Below are positions 32,821-41,366 of a stretch of DNA of 42,576 bases, one piece after another; within the stretch, counting starts at the first letter, position 1, and the number at the start of each line of letters is the position of its first letter. The stretch is from Acidobacteriota bacterium (GTDB lineage: Bacteria; Acidobacteriota; Thermoanaerobaculia; Multivoradales; UBA5704). Below the pieces are notes generated by a model that made no database searches, had not been told where the DNA came from, and was given only the letters and a program-made list of their open reading frames with translations. The stretch is from assembly GCA_034666805.1 (NCBI GenBank), contig JAXDLD010000258.1, positions 1 to 42,576 on the forward strand. Reading direction: 5' to 3'. A program made the translations under genes and the position numbers.

Positions 32821-32849
32821 GCGACGAGGCCGGCGGAAGGGTCTATAAT
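32821..32849 (+). promoter_or_regulatory. candidate promoter of the TA-like cassette
   Basis: Perfect TATAAT at 32844-32849, 21 nt before ATG 32871. The -35 is weak (GCGACG at 17-nt spacing). GGGAGAA serves as the RBS. Confidence 0.4.
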
Positions 32850-32870
32850 CGCGGATGGGAGAACCAGCGG

Positions 32871-33098
32871 ATGAATAACGTCCTCACCGTCGCGCAGATC
32901 GAGGCCCAATTCGCCTCCGAATGGGTTCTAGTCGAAGACCCAGAGACCAACGAGGCGCTGGAAGTGCAGGCTGGGACGGTTCGCTGGCACAGCAAGGACC
33001 GGGACGAGGTCTATCGGAAAGCGGTGGAGCTTCGGCCCAAACGGTTCGCCATGCTGTACACGGGCAAGATGCCGGTGAATACGGCCGTGGTTCTGTGA
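32871..33098 (+). CDS. small DUF5678-like protein, 75 aa
   Basis: MNNVLTVAQIEAQFASEWVLVEDPETNEALEVQAGTVRWHSKDRDEVYRKAVELRPKRFAMLYTGKMP... resembles, from memory, the DUF5678 pattern (W V.. ....v...g.....ea...a....P......f.G..P). The gene has visibly lower G+C than its flanks. Confidence 0.6.
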   Translation: MNNVLTVAQIEAQFASEWVLVEDPETNEALEVQAGTVRWHSKDRDEVYRKAVELRPKRFAMLYTGKMPVNTAVVL

Positions 33099-33286
33099 TC
33101 GCCGAGCTGAATCCTCCTCGCGAGACGCAAAGCTCTTTCCTCACCAATCCTGCCCTCGCCGAAGCCGTCCGGAAAGGGTGGATCACCCCGGCAGCCGACG
33201 CATCGGGGGAGCCGCCGCCGCGCCATCCGGTCGCCCCGACGAAGGAGTTGCTCGAAGAGCTGGATCGAGACCGGGCTGACCGTTGA
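33095..33286 (+). CDS. antitoxin-like small ORF, 63 aa
   Basis: The GTG overlaps the previous stop (GTGA at 33095-33098). It ends ...TKELLEELDRDRADR, a tail typical of antitoxins that precede PIN toxins. Its TGA overlaps a TTG that opens a PIN-like N-terminus. Confidence 0.4.
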   Translation: MIAELNPPRETQSSFLTNPALAEAVRKGWITPAADASGEPPPRHPVAPTKELLEELDRDRADR

Positions 33287-33318
33287 TCTACCTCGATAGC
33301 TCTGTCGCTCTCACCTAG
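33283..33318 (+). pseudogene. remnant of a PIN-domain (VapC-like) toxin gene: 11 codons, then a stop
   Basis: TTG ATC TAC CTC GAT AGC TCT GTC GCT CTC ACC TAG translates to (M)IYLDSSVALT*. (M)IYLDSSxL is the canonical VapC N-terminus carrying the first catalytic Asp. Nothing PIN-like follows in any frame. Confidence 0.45.
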
Positions 33319-33610
33319 GGTCGCAGATCGCCGGCTGGCTCGATCGCTACGAGCCGCGATGGGCGGAAGGGCTCCACCTGTTGGAGGCGATCGTCCGCTC
33401 GCCGTGGGCGCTCGCCACTCTGCTCGAAGCCGCCGGCCCGGGCGCCGAGGAGCAGGTCGGCCGAATCCGCGCGCGGCGCCAGCCGGCGTAAGGCGGTACC
33501 GATGCGGGGAAGGGCGCGCGCCGGCAGCTCCCTTCCCCGCGCCTTCACGCGGGTACCGCCGCCGAGCCCACGTCGATCGAGAGCAGAGGGGCCGGGACCG
33601 CCTGCCTGCA

Positions 33611-33829
33611 CACCGTGACGAATGGCGGAAGGGCAGCGACTGCCCCTGCGCACGCGGTGACGGATTGCAGAGGGGCAGTGACCGCCCCTGCGCACGCGGT
33701 GACGGATTGCAGAGGGGCAGCGACTGCCCCTGCGCACGCCGGGACAGATTGCAGAGGGGCGGCGACTGCCCCTGTGCACGCCGTGGCAGGTTGCGGAGGG
33801 GCAGCGACCGCCCCTGCTCACGCGGAGAC
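33611..33829. repeat. tandem array of a 42-bp hairpin-containing unit, about 5.2 copies (array B)
   Basis: Full units occupy 33630-33671, 33672-33713, 33714-33755 and 33756-33797, with partial units at both ends. The unit is GGGGCAGYGACYGCCCCTGCGCACGCGGTGACGGATTGCAGA. Each unit opens with a 7-bp stem and 3-nt loop (GGGGCAG-YGA-CYGCCCC). The array lies in a ~0.7-kb gene-free gap. Confidence 0.9.
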
Positions 33830-34044
33830 CGCTTTCCTGCCACCAACCGCCGCGCTCCGCCTCGCGACGACGGCCAGCCGGGAGACGAAGCCGGCGAGGA
33901 CGCCAGCGCTCCCAGGAGACGGCATAGAAGAGTGCGCGGCTAACTTTTACTCGGCTGATTGGCGATTCAATTTCCAATTCGCCGGATGCCACCTTCGACA
34001 CCCCCTCTCCTCTCCAGTACCATACCGCCCCGGAGGAAGAGAGC

Positions 34045-35460
34045 ATGAGCGACACACGGATCGAAAAGGACAGCCTCGGCGAGGTGGAGGTGCCCGCCGG
34101 GGCGTACTACGGCGCCCAGACGGAGCGGGCGCGGCGGAACTTCCCGGTCTCGGGGCTGCGCTTCCCGCGCCGGTTCATCGCGGCGCTCGGCGCCATCAAG
34201 CGCGAGGCGGCGGCGGTCAACGAGGAGCTGGGGCTCGTTCCCGGGGACGTCGCCGAGGCCGTCCGCAAGGCGGCGTGGGAGGTCGTCGACGGCAAGCTTG
34301 ACGAGCACTTCCCCCTCGACATCTTCCAGACCGGCTCCGCCACCTCGACCAACATGAACGCCAACGAGGTCATCGCCAACCGCGCGATCGAGCTCCTCGG
34401 CGGCAAGATCGGCAGCAAGAAGGTCCACCCCAACGACCACGTCAACGCCAGCCAGTCGAGCAACGACGTCATCCCCACCGCCATTCACGTCTCGGCCTAT
34501 GGGGCGATCGAGGAGGATCTGGTGCCGGCCCTCGCCCGGCTGCACGAGGCCCTGGCCGCCAAGGCCGCCGAGCTCGACCCGGTGGTCAAGATCGGCCGCA
34601 CCCATCTCCAGGACGCCGTCCCGGTGCGCCTCGGCCAGGAGTTCTCGGGCTACGCCCAGCAGATCGCCAACGGCCTCGCCCGGCTGCGCGCCGCCCAGCC
34701 CCGCCTGGCCGAGCTGACCCTGGGGGGTACGGCGGTGGGCACGGGACTCAATGCCCCGCCGGACTTCGCGCCGCAGGTCATCCTCCGGCTCGCCGGGGCG
34801 ACCGGCCACCCGTTCGTTCCCGCCCCCAACCGCTTCGAGGCCATGGCCGCCAAGGACGCCGCGGTCGAGACCTCCGGGATGCTGAAAACGATCGCCGTCT
34901 CGCTCACCAAGATCGCCAACGACATCCGCTGGCTGGCGTCGGGGCCGCGCTGCGGGATCGGCGAGATCGCCATCCCCAGCCTCCAGCCGGGCAGCTCGAT
35001 CATGCCGGGGAAGGTCAACCCGGTCATCCCCGAGGCGGTCTTGATGGTGGCCGCCCAGGTGGTGGGCAACGACGCCACCATCACGCTCGCCGGCATGTCC
35101 GGGGTCTTCGAGCTCAACGTCATGATGCCGGTCCTCGCCTACAACCTGCTGCAGTCGATCGAGATCCTCGCCAACGTCTCGCGTCTCCTGGCCGACAACT
35201 GCGTGGCGGGGATCGAGGCCAACCGCGAGCGCTGCCTCGATCTCGTCGAGCGCTCGCTCGCCATGGTGACCTCGCTGGTGCCGAAGATCGGCTACGACGC
35301 CGCCGCCGAGATCGCCAAGGAATCGGTCAAGACCGGCCGCACGGTGCGCGAGCTGGTGCGCGAGAAGAAGCTCCTCCCCGAGGCCGAGCTCGCCGAGGCG
35401 CTCGATCCCCGGGGGATGACCGAGGGCGGCATCCACTCCGGCGGCGGCGGCGGCGGGTAG
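34045..35460 (+). CDS. fumC: class II fumarate hydratase / aspartate ammonia-lyase superfamily enzyme, most likely fumarase
   Basis: [11 protein letters not shown] signature. [29 protein letters not shown] and [14 protein letters not shown] match FumC. The N-terminus ([19 protein letters not shown]) and NPVIPEA look aspartase-like, so specificity is not certain. Confidence 0.85.
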   Translation: MSDTRIEKDSLGEVEVPAGAYYGAQTERARRNFPVSGLRFPRRFIAALGAIKREAAAVNEELGLVPGDVAEAVRKAAWEVVDGKLDEHFPLDIFQTGSATSTNMNANEVIANRAIELLGGKIGSKKVHPNDHVNASQSSNDVIPTAIHVSAYGAIEEDLVPALARLHEALAAKAAELDPVVKIGRTHLQDAVPVRLGQEFSGYAQQIANGLARLRAAQPRLAELTLGGTAVGTGLNAPPDFAPQVILRLAGATGHPFVPAPNRFEAMAAKDAAVETSGMLKTIAVSLTKIANDIRWLASGPRCGIGEIAIPSLQPGSSIMPGKVNPVIPEAVLMVAAQVVGNDATITLAGMSGVFELNVMMPVLAYNLLQSIEILANVSRLLADNCVAGIEANRERCLDLVERSLAMVTSLVPKIGYDAAAEIAKESVKTGRTVRELVREKKLLPEAELAEALDPRGMTEGGIHSGGGGGG

Positions 35461-35472
35461 GGTCCGGCTCTC

Positions 35473-35961
35473 TTAATCCCGGCCGGCCGGTGTCTGCGCC
35501 CGGGAGGCGTAGCCCAGGATCAGCATGCCGAGGCCGGAGAGGAGGACCACCCCGGAGAGCAGGCGGTCGGCGGTGGAGAGCGCGTCCCCGCCGAAGAGGA
35601 GGGCGGCAGCCTCGAGGCCCAAGGCGATCACGAAGAGGCCCAGGAACTCCCTCTCGGGGGCGCCGAGGCGGTCGTCGCTGCCGCTGACGCCGTGGACCCG
35701 GCCGGGGGAGCGCGCCGGCGGCAGGGTGACCGCCGTCCGTTCGTCCTCTTTGGGGGCCGGCGGCTTGAGGGCTGGGGGTGGAGGTTGAAAAAGAGCCCCC
35801 ACCACCGCCTGCGGTCTCAGACTCTGGGTCTCATCCGGCAGGACCGGCCGGGGGGCCGGCCTTTCTGCTTGGAGAAGCGGACGCCGGTGATGCCGGGGCC
35901 TGGTTCGCCGCAGGGGGGCGGGGGCTGGGGTAAGCATGGGCATGAGTCTCGTCTCTGCCAT
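35473..35961 (-). CDS. hypothetical Pro-rich protein with two C-terminal TM helices
   Basis: ORF with G/C-rich third positions. The C-terminus FLGLFVIALGLEAAALLFGG...VVLLSGLGMLILGY is hydrophobic. There is no clear RBS at ATG 35961 (alternative ATG 35943). No family recognised. Confidence 0.4.
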   Translation of the reverse strand: MAETRLMPMLTPAPAPLRRTRPRHHRRPLLQAERPAPRPVLPDETQSLRPQAVVGALFQPPPPALKPPAPKEDERTAVTLPPARSPGRVHGVSGSDDRLGAPEREFLGLFVIALGLEAAALLFGGDALSTADRLLSGVVLLSGLGMLILGYASRAQTPAGRD

Positions 35962-36053
35962 GTTTCATAATGGAGTGACGGACCGGCCGAAAACATTTCA
36001 CGGGGACTTTGTGAGAAAGAGCGGAAGAAGGGGCGGGAGAAAGCGGGCGGGAG

Positions 36054-36090
36054 AAAAAGGGGTGGGCCCGCCGCACGGGGCGGCCCACCC
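36054..36090 (-). terminator. intrinsic (Rho-independent) terminator closing the CHAT/ECF operon
   Basis: On the minus strand a 12-bp GC stem (36060-36072 with 36079-90, one bulged C, 6-nt loop) is followed after one base by TTTTT (plus-strand AAAAA 36054-36058). It lies 10 nt after the TAG of the 86-aa gene. Confidence 0.8.
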
Positions 36091-36100
36091 GGACGAGGCT

Positions 36101-36361
36101 CTAGGCCGCGGTCCTGATCCCTTTGATCTTGTAGTTGTTCCCGTCCTTCACCAGCTCGACGGCAGCCTTGGGATGGTTGAAGGAGTGGGAGACGAGAGTC
36201 CCGTCGGCCAGCCTGAACTCGATGGTAAAGGCGGTTGTGGGATCGGAGCACTGGTGGCGCGACTGTTTCGGCAGCAGCTGCCAGTCATTGGTCTGCGCCT
36301 TGGCGCCTCCATTGGCGACTCTGTACTGGGTGTCCTGACCGGTTGAGTTGGAGACATCCAT
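36101..36361 (-). CDS. orphan small protein, 86 aa
   Basis: ATG 36359-36361 has GGGAGGG upstream. The composition is ordinary and non-shadow (MDVSNSTGQDTQYRVANGGAKAQTNDWQLLPKQSRHQCSDPTTAFTIEFRLADGTLVSHSFNHPKAAVELVKDGNNYKIKGIRTAA). There is no signal peptide. G+C is visibly lower than in the neighbours. Confidence 0.65.
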   Translation of the reverse strand: MDVSNSTGQDTQYRVANGGAKAQTNDWQLLPKQSRHQCSDPTTAFTIEFRLADGTLVSHSFNHPKAAVELVKDGNNYKIKGIRTAA

Positions 36362-36442
36362 CTTGGGTATCCCTCCCTTCGGTACGGCCCGCCACCAGGT
36401 GGATCCACCGGCGGAGGGCGGGTTAAGACCGCACGAGAACGT

Positions 36443-37408
36443 TCAGGGCCGCACGACCTGGAAGCGGGGGTACCCCACCGCCTCGGAGGCCCCTTCCGGG
36501 GTCACTCCCTTGAGCGTTACGAGGTAGCTCCCGTCGGCGAGGTCGCGCGCCGGAGGCCGGATCTTCAAGCGCGAGCCGGACGCCGGCGTGAGGCCGCTCC
36601 GCGTCCAGACCGCTTGTCCGTCCTCCTCCCGGCCGATCGACACCTCATAGGAGGAGTAGGGCTCTCCCTCTTCGAGCGTGAGTTGGATCTCGATCGGTTG
36701 ATCCGGGGAGACGATGTGGAGGACGTTCGGCGATTCCTCCTCGTCGCCGCGCGTCGTCATCGCCACTTGCAGCACGAGCACGGCGGCGGCTGGAGCTCTC
36801 CTCGATCGCGGCTTCTCTGCGCGCACCGGTGGCAGGGCTGGGGCGGCGGGGGCCGCCGGCTGCGGCGGGGTGCTCGGGGGATTCTGGGGTGAGATGGGAA
36901 GCGCCGGAGCCGGTGCCGGCGTGGTCCCCCGGAGCACGTCCGGCGGTGCGGCCTGGGCGATGGTCTGCGGCGCGCGCGGCTGGAGCGTCCGTTCCACCTG
37001 CCAGGCGAAGACGATCAGGCCGGCGAGGCCGGCAGCGATGGCGACGCGCACGGCGGGACGCGAGAGGAGACCCGGGCGCCGGAACGGCAGGACCGGCACC
37101 GGTGCGGGCCGGTCGGTCATCGCGGGGGCGGCGGGGGTGGCGGCGACGGCCACCGCCAGACTCCGGGCCCGGGTGAGGCGGACCCGGCCGCCCGGCGAGG
37201 CGGCGAGCCGGCGGGTGAGCGGCTCGCAGAGGGCGGGGGCGAGCTCGCCCCGGACGCACTCGTCGAGGAGCTCGGCCTCGGCCGCCTCGGCCAGCTCGAA
37301 GAGGTCTTCGTCGAGCAGCAGCCGCCGTTCCAGGCGGTCCGCTTCCTCCTCGGGCTGCTGTCCCAGGAGGTAGAGTCTCAGTTCCAGGTAGTCGCTCGTC
37401 TCGCTCAT
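36443..37408 (-). CDS. anti-sigma-factor-like single-pass membrane protein
   Basis: Track ORF 36443..37432 starts at TTG; I prefer ATG 37406-37408 (MSETSDYLELRLYLLGQQPEEEADRLERRLLLDEDLFELAEAAEAELLDECVRGEL). A TM helix VRVAIAAGLAGLIVFAW follows, then a Pro/Ala linker and a beta-rich ~110-aa C-terminal domain. No zf-HC2 motif is present. Confidence 0.7.
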   Translation of the reverse strand: MSETSDYLELRLYLLGQQPEEEADRLERRLLLDEDLFELAEAAEAELLDECVRGELAPALCEPLTRRLAASPGGRVRLTRARSLAVAVAATPAAPAMTDRPAPVPVLPFRRPGLLSRPAVRVAIAAGLAGLIVFAWQVERTLQPRAPQTIAQAAPPDVLRGTTPAPAPALPISPQNPPSTPPQPAAPAAPALPPVRAEKPRSRRAPAAAVLVLQVAMTTRGDEEESPNVLHIVSPDQPIEIQLTLEEGEPYSSYEVSIGREEDGQAVWTRSGLTPASGSRLKIRPPARDLADGSYLVTLKGVTPEGASEAVGYPRFQVVRP

Positions 37409-37470
37409 ATCACGGTCTCCCGCTCGTTCCAATGAGGAGTGTCACGAGCGATGAAAACGTTTCACCCCCG

Positions 37471-38082
37471 TCATCCCCGCCTTGCCTGCTCCAGGCAGAG
37501 CGCCAGGCAGTCCCCGAGTTGGCGGCGCACGCGGTGGACCCGGATGCGGAGCGCGTTCAAAGGCAGGCCGAGGGTCAGGGAGAGCCGCTGGCGGCTGCGG
37601 ATGCGGTCCTCGCCCTGGTGGTAGTCGAGGATGAGCTGGCGCTGATCGGCGGGGAGCTGGCCGAGACAGAAGCGGATACAACCGAGCCGCCGGTCCTCCG
37701 GCTCCTCCCCTTCCGGGGGCGAATAGGGGGGCCAATCGCCGCTCTCCTGGGCCTCGCGCTCTCGGGCGCGTTCGCGCAGAACCTCCTTGTGGAGCAGGTG
37801 GGCCACGCCGCAGAAGAAGCTGTAAGGGTCCTGGGACTGGATCGTCAGCCCCTCGGCCAGGCGCCGGGCGACCCGGTTGAAGGTCTCGTCCGCTAGCTCC
37901 TCGGGGAACTCGCAGCCCCGCCATTCGAACAGGCGCACGAGCCGGCGGCGGATGCTCTCGTAGTGTTCCCCGGCCCGGTCGCGGTCGGGGCCGAGCTGGG
38001 CGAGGAGACTCTCGAAGGCCTCCTGCGAGAGGCCGGAGCGCCCGGAGCGAAGGGAAGCTCCGGGCCGGCGGCCGCCGCTCAC
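37471..38082 (-). CDS. ECF-type sigma factor, Cys-rich, translationally coupled to the CHAT gene
   Basis: Lies inside track ORF 37471..38673. There is no ATG; GTG 38080-38082 overlaps the CHAT TGA (GTGA). Region 2-like: ELADETFNRVARRL...DPYSFFCGVAHLLHKEVLR. Region 4 HTH: LPADQRQLILDYHQGE...LGLPLNALRIRVHRVRRQL. Confidence 0.75.
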   Translation of the reverse strand: MSGGRRPGASLRSGRSGLSQEAFESLLAQLGPDRDRAGEHYESIRRRLVRLFEWRGCEFPEELADETFNRVARRLAEGLTIQSQDPYSFFCGVAHLLHKEVLRERAREREAQESGDWPPYSPPEGEEPEDRRLGCIRFCLGQLPADQRQLILDYHQGEDRIRSRQRLSLTLGLPLNALRIRVHRVRRQLGDCLALCLEQARRG

Positions 38083-41000
38083 CGCCAATCCCCTTCCAGG
38101 GTGAAGCCGGCCCAGAAGTAGGGTTGGGCCGAGCGCTTCTCGCCCAGCATGGCGAGCTGGGCCTGGCGCAGGGCCGCCGCCGGGCGCTGGCCCTCCTTCA
38201 GCATGCCCCGGTAGAACCGCTGCATCAGCTCCGAGGTCGCGCGGTCCTCGACGCTCCACAGGCTGGCCAGGACCCGTGCCGCCCCGGCGTGCATGAAGCC
38301 GCGGGTCAAGCCGATCAACCCTTCGCCCCGGATCTCCTTGCCGAGAGCGGTCTGGCAGGCCGAGAGCACCACGAGGTCGGCGTGGAGCTCGAGCCGATAG
38401 ATGTCGCTGAGCAAGAGGAGCCCCTTCTGCGGCTGCCCTTTCTCGTCGACCAGGGAGAGCACGAGACCGGAGAGCTCCGGGTGCTGGCTGTCGATGCAGC
38501 CGTGGGTGGCGAAGTGCACCAGCCGGTAGCGGGCGAGGTCGCCGCTGGTCGCCTTCTGGAGCGAGGCGTCGAAGTCGAGCGCCACCAGCCGGCGCTCCGC
38601 CGGCACGAGCTTGGCGATCTCCTCCGCTTCGAGCCGCGAGTATCGCAACCGGGCGAAGCTCGCGGAGTTGCAATCGCGGTCGCCCCTGCGCGGCTCACCG
38701 GGCAGGACGCGCTGGGCGAGGGCCGGCGGCGCTCCGGCGACGGCGGGCACGTGGCCTTTCGGCACCCGCTCGTCCCGGCTCTGGAAGACCGGGTCGGCGA
38801 GCACGGCCAGGGTCAGGGGCGGCTCCTGGCGCCCGGCCCACTGCTGGCGCAGCACGGCGAGCACCGAGGCCGAGGGGAGGCTCACGATCTCGTGCCGCAC
38901 GACGAGAGGCGGCGAGCCGGCGGCGTCCGGGGCGGGCAGGGCCGCGAAGGGAACGTACTGCAAGGCGCCATCACTCACCACCAGCAGACGGCGCTCGGCG
39001 AGCAGCCCGGCGGCCGGTCCGAGAACCAGGAGGGAGAGCTGCCGGGCGGCCTCCGCTGCCTCGACGTCGGCGCGCTTCCCGTCCCGCAGGTGAGCCTTAA
39101 GCCCGTTGTAGAAGCGCCGGGCCACCTCTTCGATCTCCTTCCTGGGCGGCAGGGCGAAGCTCGTGACGGTCGCCCCTGTGACCGCCCAGAGATAGCTCCG
39201 CTCGTCCCCCAGCGCGTACTCGAGGAGGAGAGTCCCGTCGTCGAGGAGCGCCTGGATCTCGGGGAGAGCCAGCGGCTTGGGCGCGGTCAAGGCGGCGTAG
39301 CGCGGGCTGCTCGCCCGCAGGACCGCCTCGACCTGCTGGTACTCCTCGATGGCCGCGTTCAGCTCCCGGTTCGCGGTCTCGAGGGCCGCGGGGTCGGGTT
39401 GCGTCTCGCTCAGCAGCCACGACCGGCGGCGCCCCGCCGTCGACACCGCGTCGCTCACCCGGCTCTCGCGCTCGAGGAGCGCCGGCGGGAGCCCCCGGCG
39501 CAGGTCGGCGCCCGAGATGTTGAGGATCTCGAGCAGGCTCCTCGCCCGCGCCTGCTCGCTCGCCGCCAGGGCCGCGGCAGCATAGCCGCCCTCCGGATGG
39601 GCGGTGTGGAGGGCCATCAGGGTATCGATTTCGAGCGCGTAGTAATCCTCTTTGGAGGCGAGGAAGACGGCACGGAGATCGGGGGAGACGACCCGGGTAC
39701 GCAGCGACTCGACGGTGCGGATGGCGTCCTCGATCTCGGCCCGGGCAGCGTCGAGGTCGCCGCGATCCCGCGCCAGCCGGGCGAGGGTCAGGGTGACGTT
39801 GGCCGCCCGGCTCAAGTCCTCATGGCTGCGGCTGATCTCGCGGGCGCGCCGGAGTTCGGCCTCCGCCTCGTCGAGCTGGTGGAGCGCGCGATGGGCGGCG
39901 CCCATCGCGTGCAGGGCGGCGGCCTCGACCCCGCTGTTGCCGGCGGCGAGCGCCAGGGCCCGGCGGCTCTCCGCGAGCGCGGCCTCCGGCCGGCCCTGGC
40001 TGACGTCGAGAAAGCCGAGGTTGTTGAGCGCCGGTGCCTCGGCCGACCGGCTGTCGTTTTTTTCCCGGGCGAGCCGGACCGCCTCTTCATAGGCCTTCCG
40101 CGCCGAGCGGGGGTCCTCGAGCCGCTGGTAGGCGAGACCGATGTTGTTGAGGGTCCGCGCCTCCTTCGGGCTGTCTTTCAGCTTGCGGTCGAGATCCCGG
40201 GCCTGCTGGTAGTAGCCGAGGGCCTTGTCCCAGTCTCCCAGCGAGTCATAGAGCTCGCCCAGGTTGTTGAGCGCCGCTGCCTGGCGAAGGTCGTCTTTCG
40301 TCTTCCGCGCCAGGTCGAGCCCCTGAAGGTAACAGTCCAAGGCCGCTTGGCGATCGGAGAGGTCGGTGTGGGCTGACCCCAGGTTCACCAGAAGGTTGGC
40401 CTCGGAGGCAGTGTCGTGGAGGGTGTGGGCGAGCGCCAGGGCGGCTGTCAGCCGCTCTACGGCCGCCCGCGGCTGGCCGAGGTCGATCAGGAGGCTCCCG
40501 AGGTTGTTCAAGACGTCCACCTTGAGGCGCTGGGCATCGTCCCCTGCGCCGGCGAGCAGCGGCAGGGCCTCCTCGAAGTGTTGCCGTGCCTCCCCTTGGC
40601 GGTCGAGCCTCTTTTCGATCGACGCGAGCTGGTTCAAAGCGTCCGCCAGGTTGCCCTTCGCCCCGATCGCCCGCCACAGGTCTACCGCCTGCTGGAGGTC
40701 GCCGGCGGCCCTCTCCGGGTCCCGGAGCTGGCTGCGTGCGGTCCCCAGCTGGTAGAGAGTCGCGGCCTCGTGCCCGCGCTCGCCCAGCCGATGCCAGAGG
40801 ACCAGGGCCCGCTCGCGTTTCGCAATCTGCTGGCGTAATGAATCCTCGACGTCCTCGACCTTCTTACTCATGAGATCGACCGCATCCTGGGTGAGGCGCA
40901 CCGCCTCGACCCGGGTGCGGTCGTCGTCACCGGCCTGGCGCAGCTCGACCCGGATGCGATAGCGGCCGGGCTTCGCTCGGGGGTCCGACCGCACTTCTAG

Positions 41001-41366
41001 CTGATGGCTACCAGCCTGCACGGCGATCGCCGCCAGGTCTTCGTCCTCGTGGGGCCGGTTGGGTCCGTCGACGTGAACCACCTCCTGGCCCGCCGGGTCG
41101 AGCAGGGTGACCACGACGTCGATCCCCTCCTCCTCCACGATGGCGCGCAGGAGCTGTCCCGCGGCGAGGGAGAACGGGTAACGGTGGCTCTCGCCCCCGG
41201 CGAGCTCGCGCGTCAGCTCCTGGCCGGGGATGAGCTCCGGGGAGGTGCCGCCGTGGGCCGGGCCTCCCGGCTGGAGGGCGACGGCGGCCAGCAGGACGAG
41301 GAGCGCCCGCCAGCGCAGGATCGGCGCCGGGAGGCGGCTGGGGGGGTGGAGTCGGCTCGTCCGCAT
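38079..41366 (-). CDS. exported TPR-repeat CHAT-domain (caspase-like) protease with an N-terminal PPC-like beta-sandwich
   Basis: Track ORF 38079..41402 starts at GTG; the in-frame ATG 41364-41366 gives MRTSRLHPPSRLPAPILRWRALLVLLAAVALQPGGPAHG, a signal peptide or anchor. Many TPRs are present (NNLGSLL, NLGSAH, NNLGELY, NNIGLAY, NNLGFL). The C-terminal CHAT domain has HFATHG (His codon 38502-38504) and VLSACQT (Cys codon 38355-38357). Confidence 0.9.
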   Translation of the reverse strand: MRTSRLHPPSRLPAPILRWRALLVLLAAVALQPGGPAHGGTSPELIPGQELTRELAGGESHRYPFSLAAGQLLRAIVEEEGIDVVVTLLDPAGQEVVHVDGPNRPHEDEDLAAIAVQAGSHQLEVRSDPRAKPGRYRIRVELRQAGDDDRTRVEAVRLTQDAVDLMSKKVEDVEDSLRQQIAKRERALVLWHRLGERGHEAATLYQLGTARSQLRDPERAAGDLQQAVDLWRAIGAKGNLADALNQLASIEKRLDRQGEARQHFEEALPLLAGAGDDAQRLKVDVLNNLGSLLIDLGQPRAAVERLTAALALAHTLHDTASEANLLVNLGSAHTDLSDRQAALDCYLQGLDLARKTKDDLRQAAALNNLGELYDSLGDWDKALGYYQQARDLDRKLKDSPKEARTLNNIGLAYQRLEDPRSARKAYEEAVRLAREKNDSRSAEAPALNNLGFLDVSQGRPEAALAESRRALALAAGNSGVEAAALHAMGAAHRALHQLDEAEAELRRAREISRSHEDLSRAANVTLTLARLARDRGDLDAARAEIEDAIRTVESLRTRVVSPDLRAVFLASKEDYYALEIDTLMALHTAHPEGGYAAAALAASEQARARSLLEILNISGADLRRGLPPALLERESRVSDAVSTAGRRRSWLLSETQPDPAALETANRELNAAIEEYQQVEAVLRASSPRYAALTAPKPLALPEIQALLDDGTLLLEYALGDERSYLWAVTGATVTSFALPPRKEIEEVARRFYNGLKAHLRDGKRADVEAAEAARQLSLLVLGPAAGLLAERRLLVVSDGALQYVPFAALPAPDAAGSPPLVVRHEIVSLPSASVLAVLRQQWAGRQEPPLTLAVLADPVFQSRDERVPKGHVPAVAGAPPALAQRVLPGEPRRGDRDCNSASFARLRYSRLEAEEIAKLVPAERRLVALDFDASLQKATSGDLARYRLVHFATHGCIDSQHPELSGLVLSLVDEKGQPQKGLLLLSDIYRLELHADLVVLSACQTALGKEIRGEGLIGLTRGFMHAGAARVLASLWSVEDRATSELMQRFYRGMLKEGQRPAAALRQAQLAMLGEKRSAQPYFWAGFTLEGDWR

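Noticed and set aside
33615-34301. The repeat arrays as coding sequence for 14-aa peptide repeats (track ORFs 33615..34301 +, 11462..11692 +, 33315..34055 -, 32884..33846 -).
   Set aside because: There is no RBS or plausible start. The ORFs run into neighbouring genes out of frame, every frame on both strands is open (a high-G+C artefact), and the unit is dominated by a hairpin. This is not fully excluded; a genome-wide census would settle it.
34045-35460. Calling this gene aspartate ammonia-lyase (aspA).
   Set aside because: The N-terminus and NPVIPEA look aspartase-like. However, the substrate-site blocks QTGS, SQSSND and [14 protein letters not shown] match class II fumarase. I kept it as fumC-like with the uncertainty stated, and a phylogeny is needed.
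38124-40376. 750-aa plus-strand ORF antisense to the CHAT gene. Similar cases are 19653..21659 -, 12390..14705 -, 10140..11330 -, 33967..35436 -, 14816..15853 -, 16170..17225 - and 41213..42235 -.
   Set aside because: All are antisense or frame-shifted shadows of confidently identified genes. 19653..21659 would also have to cross a divergent promoter region.
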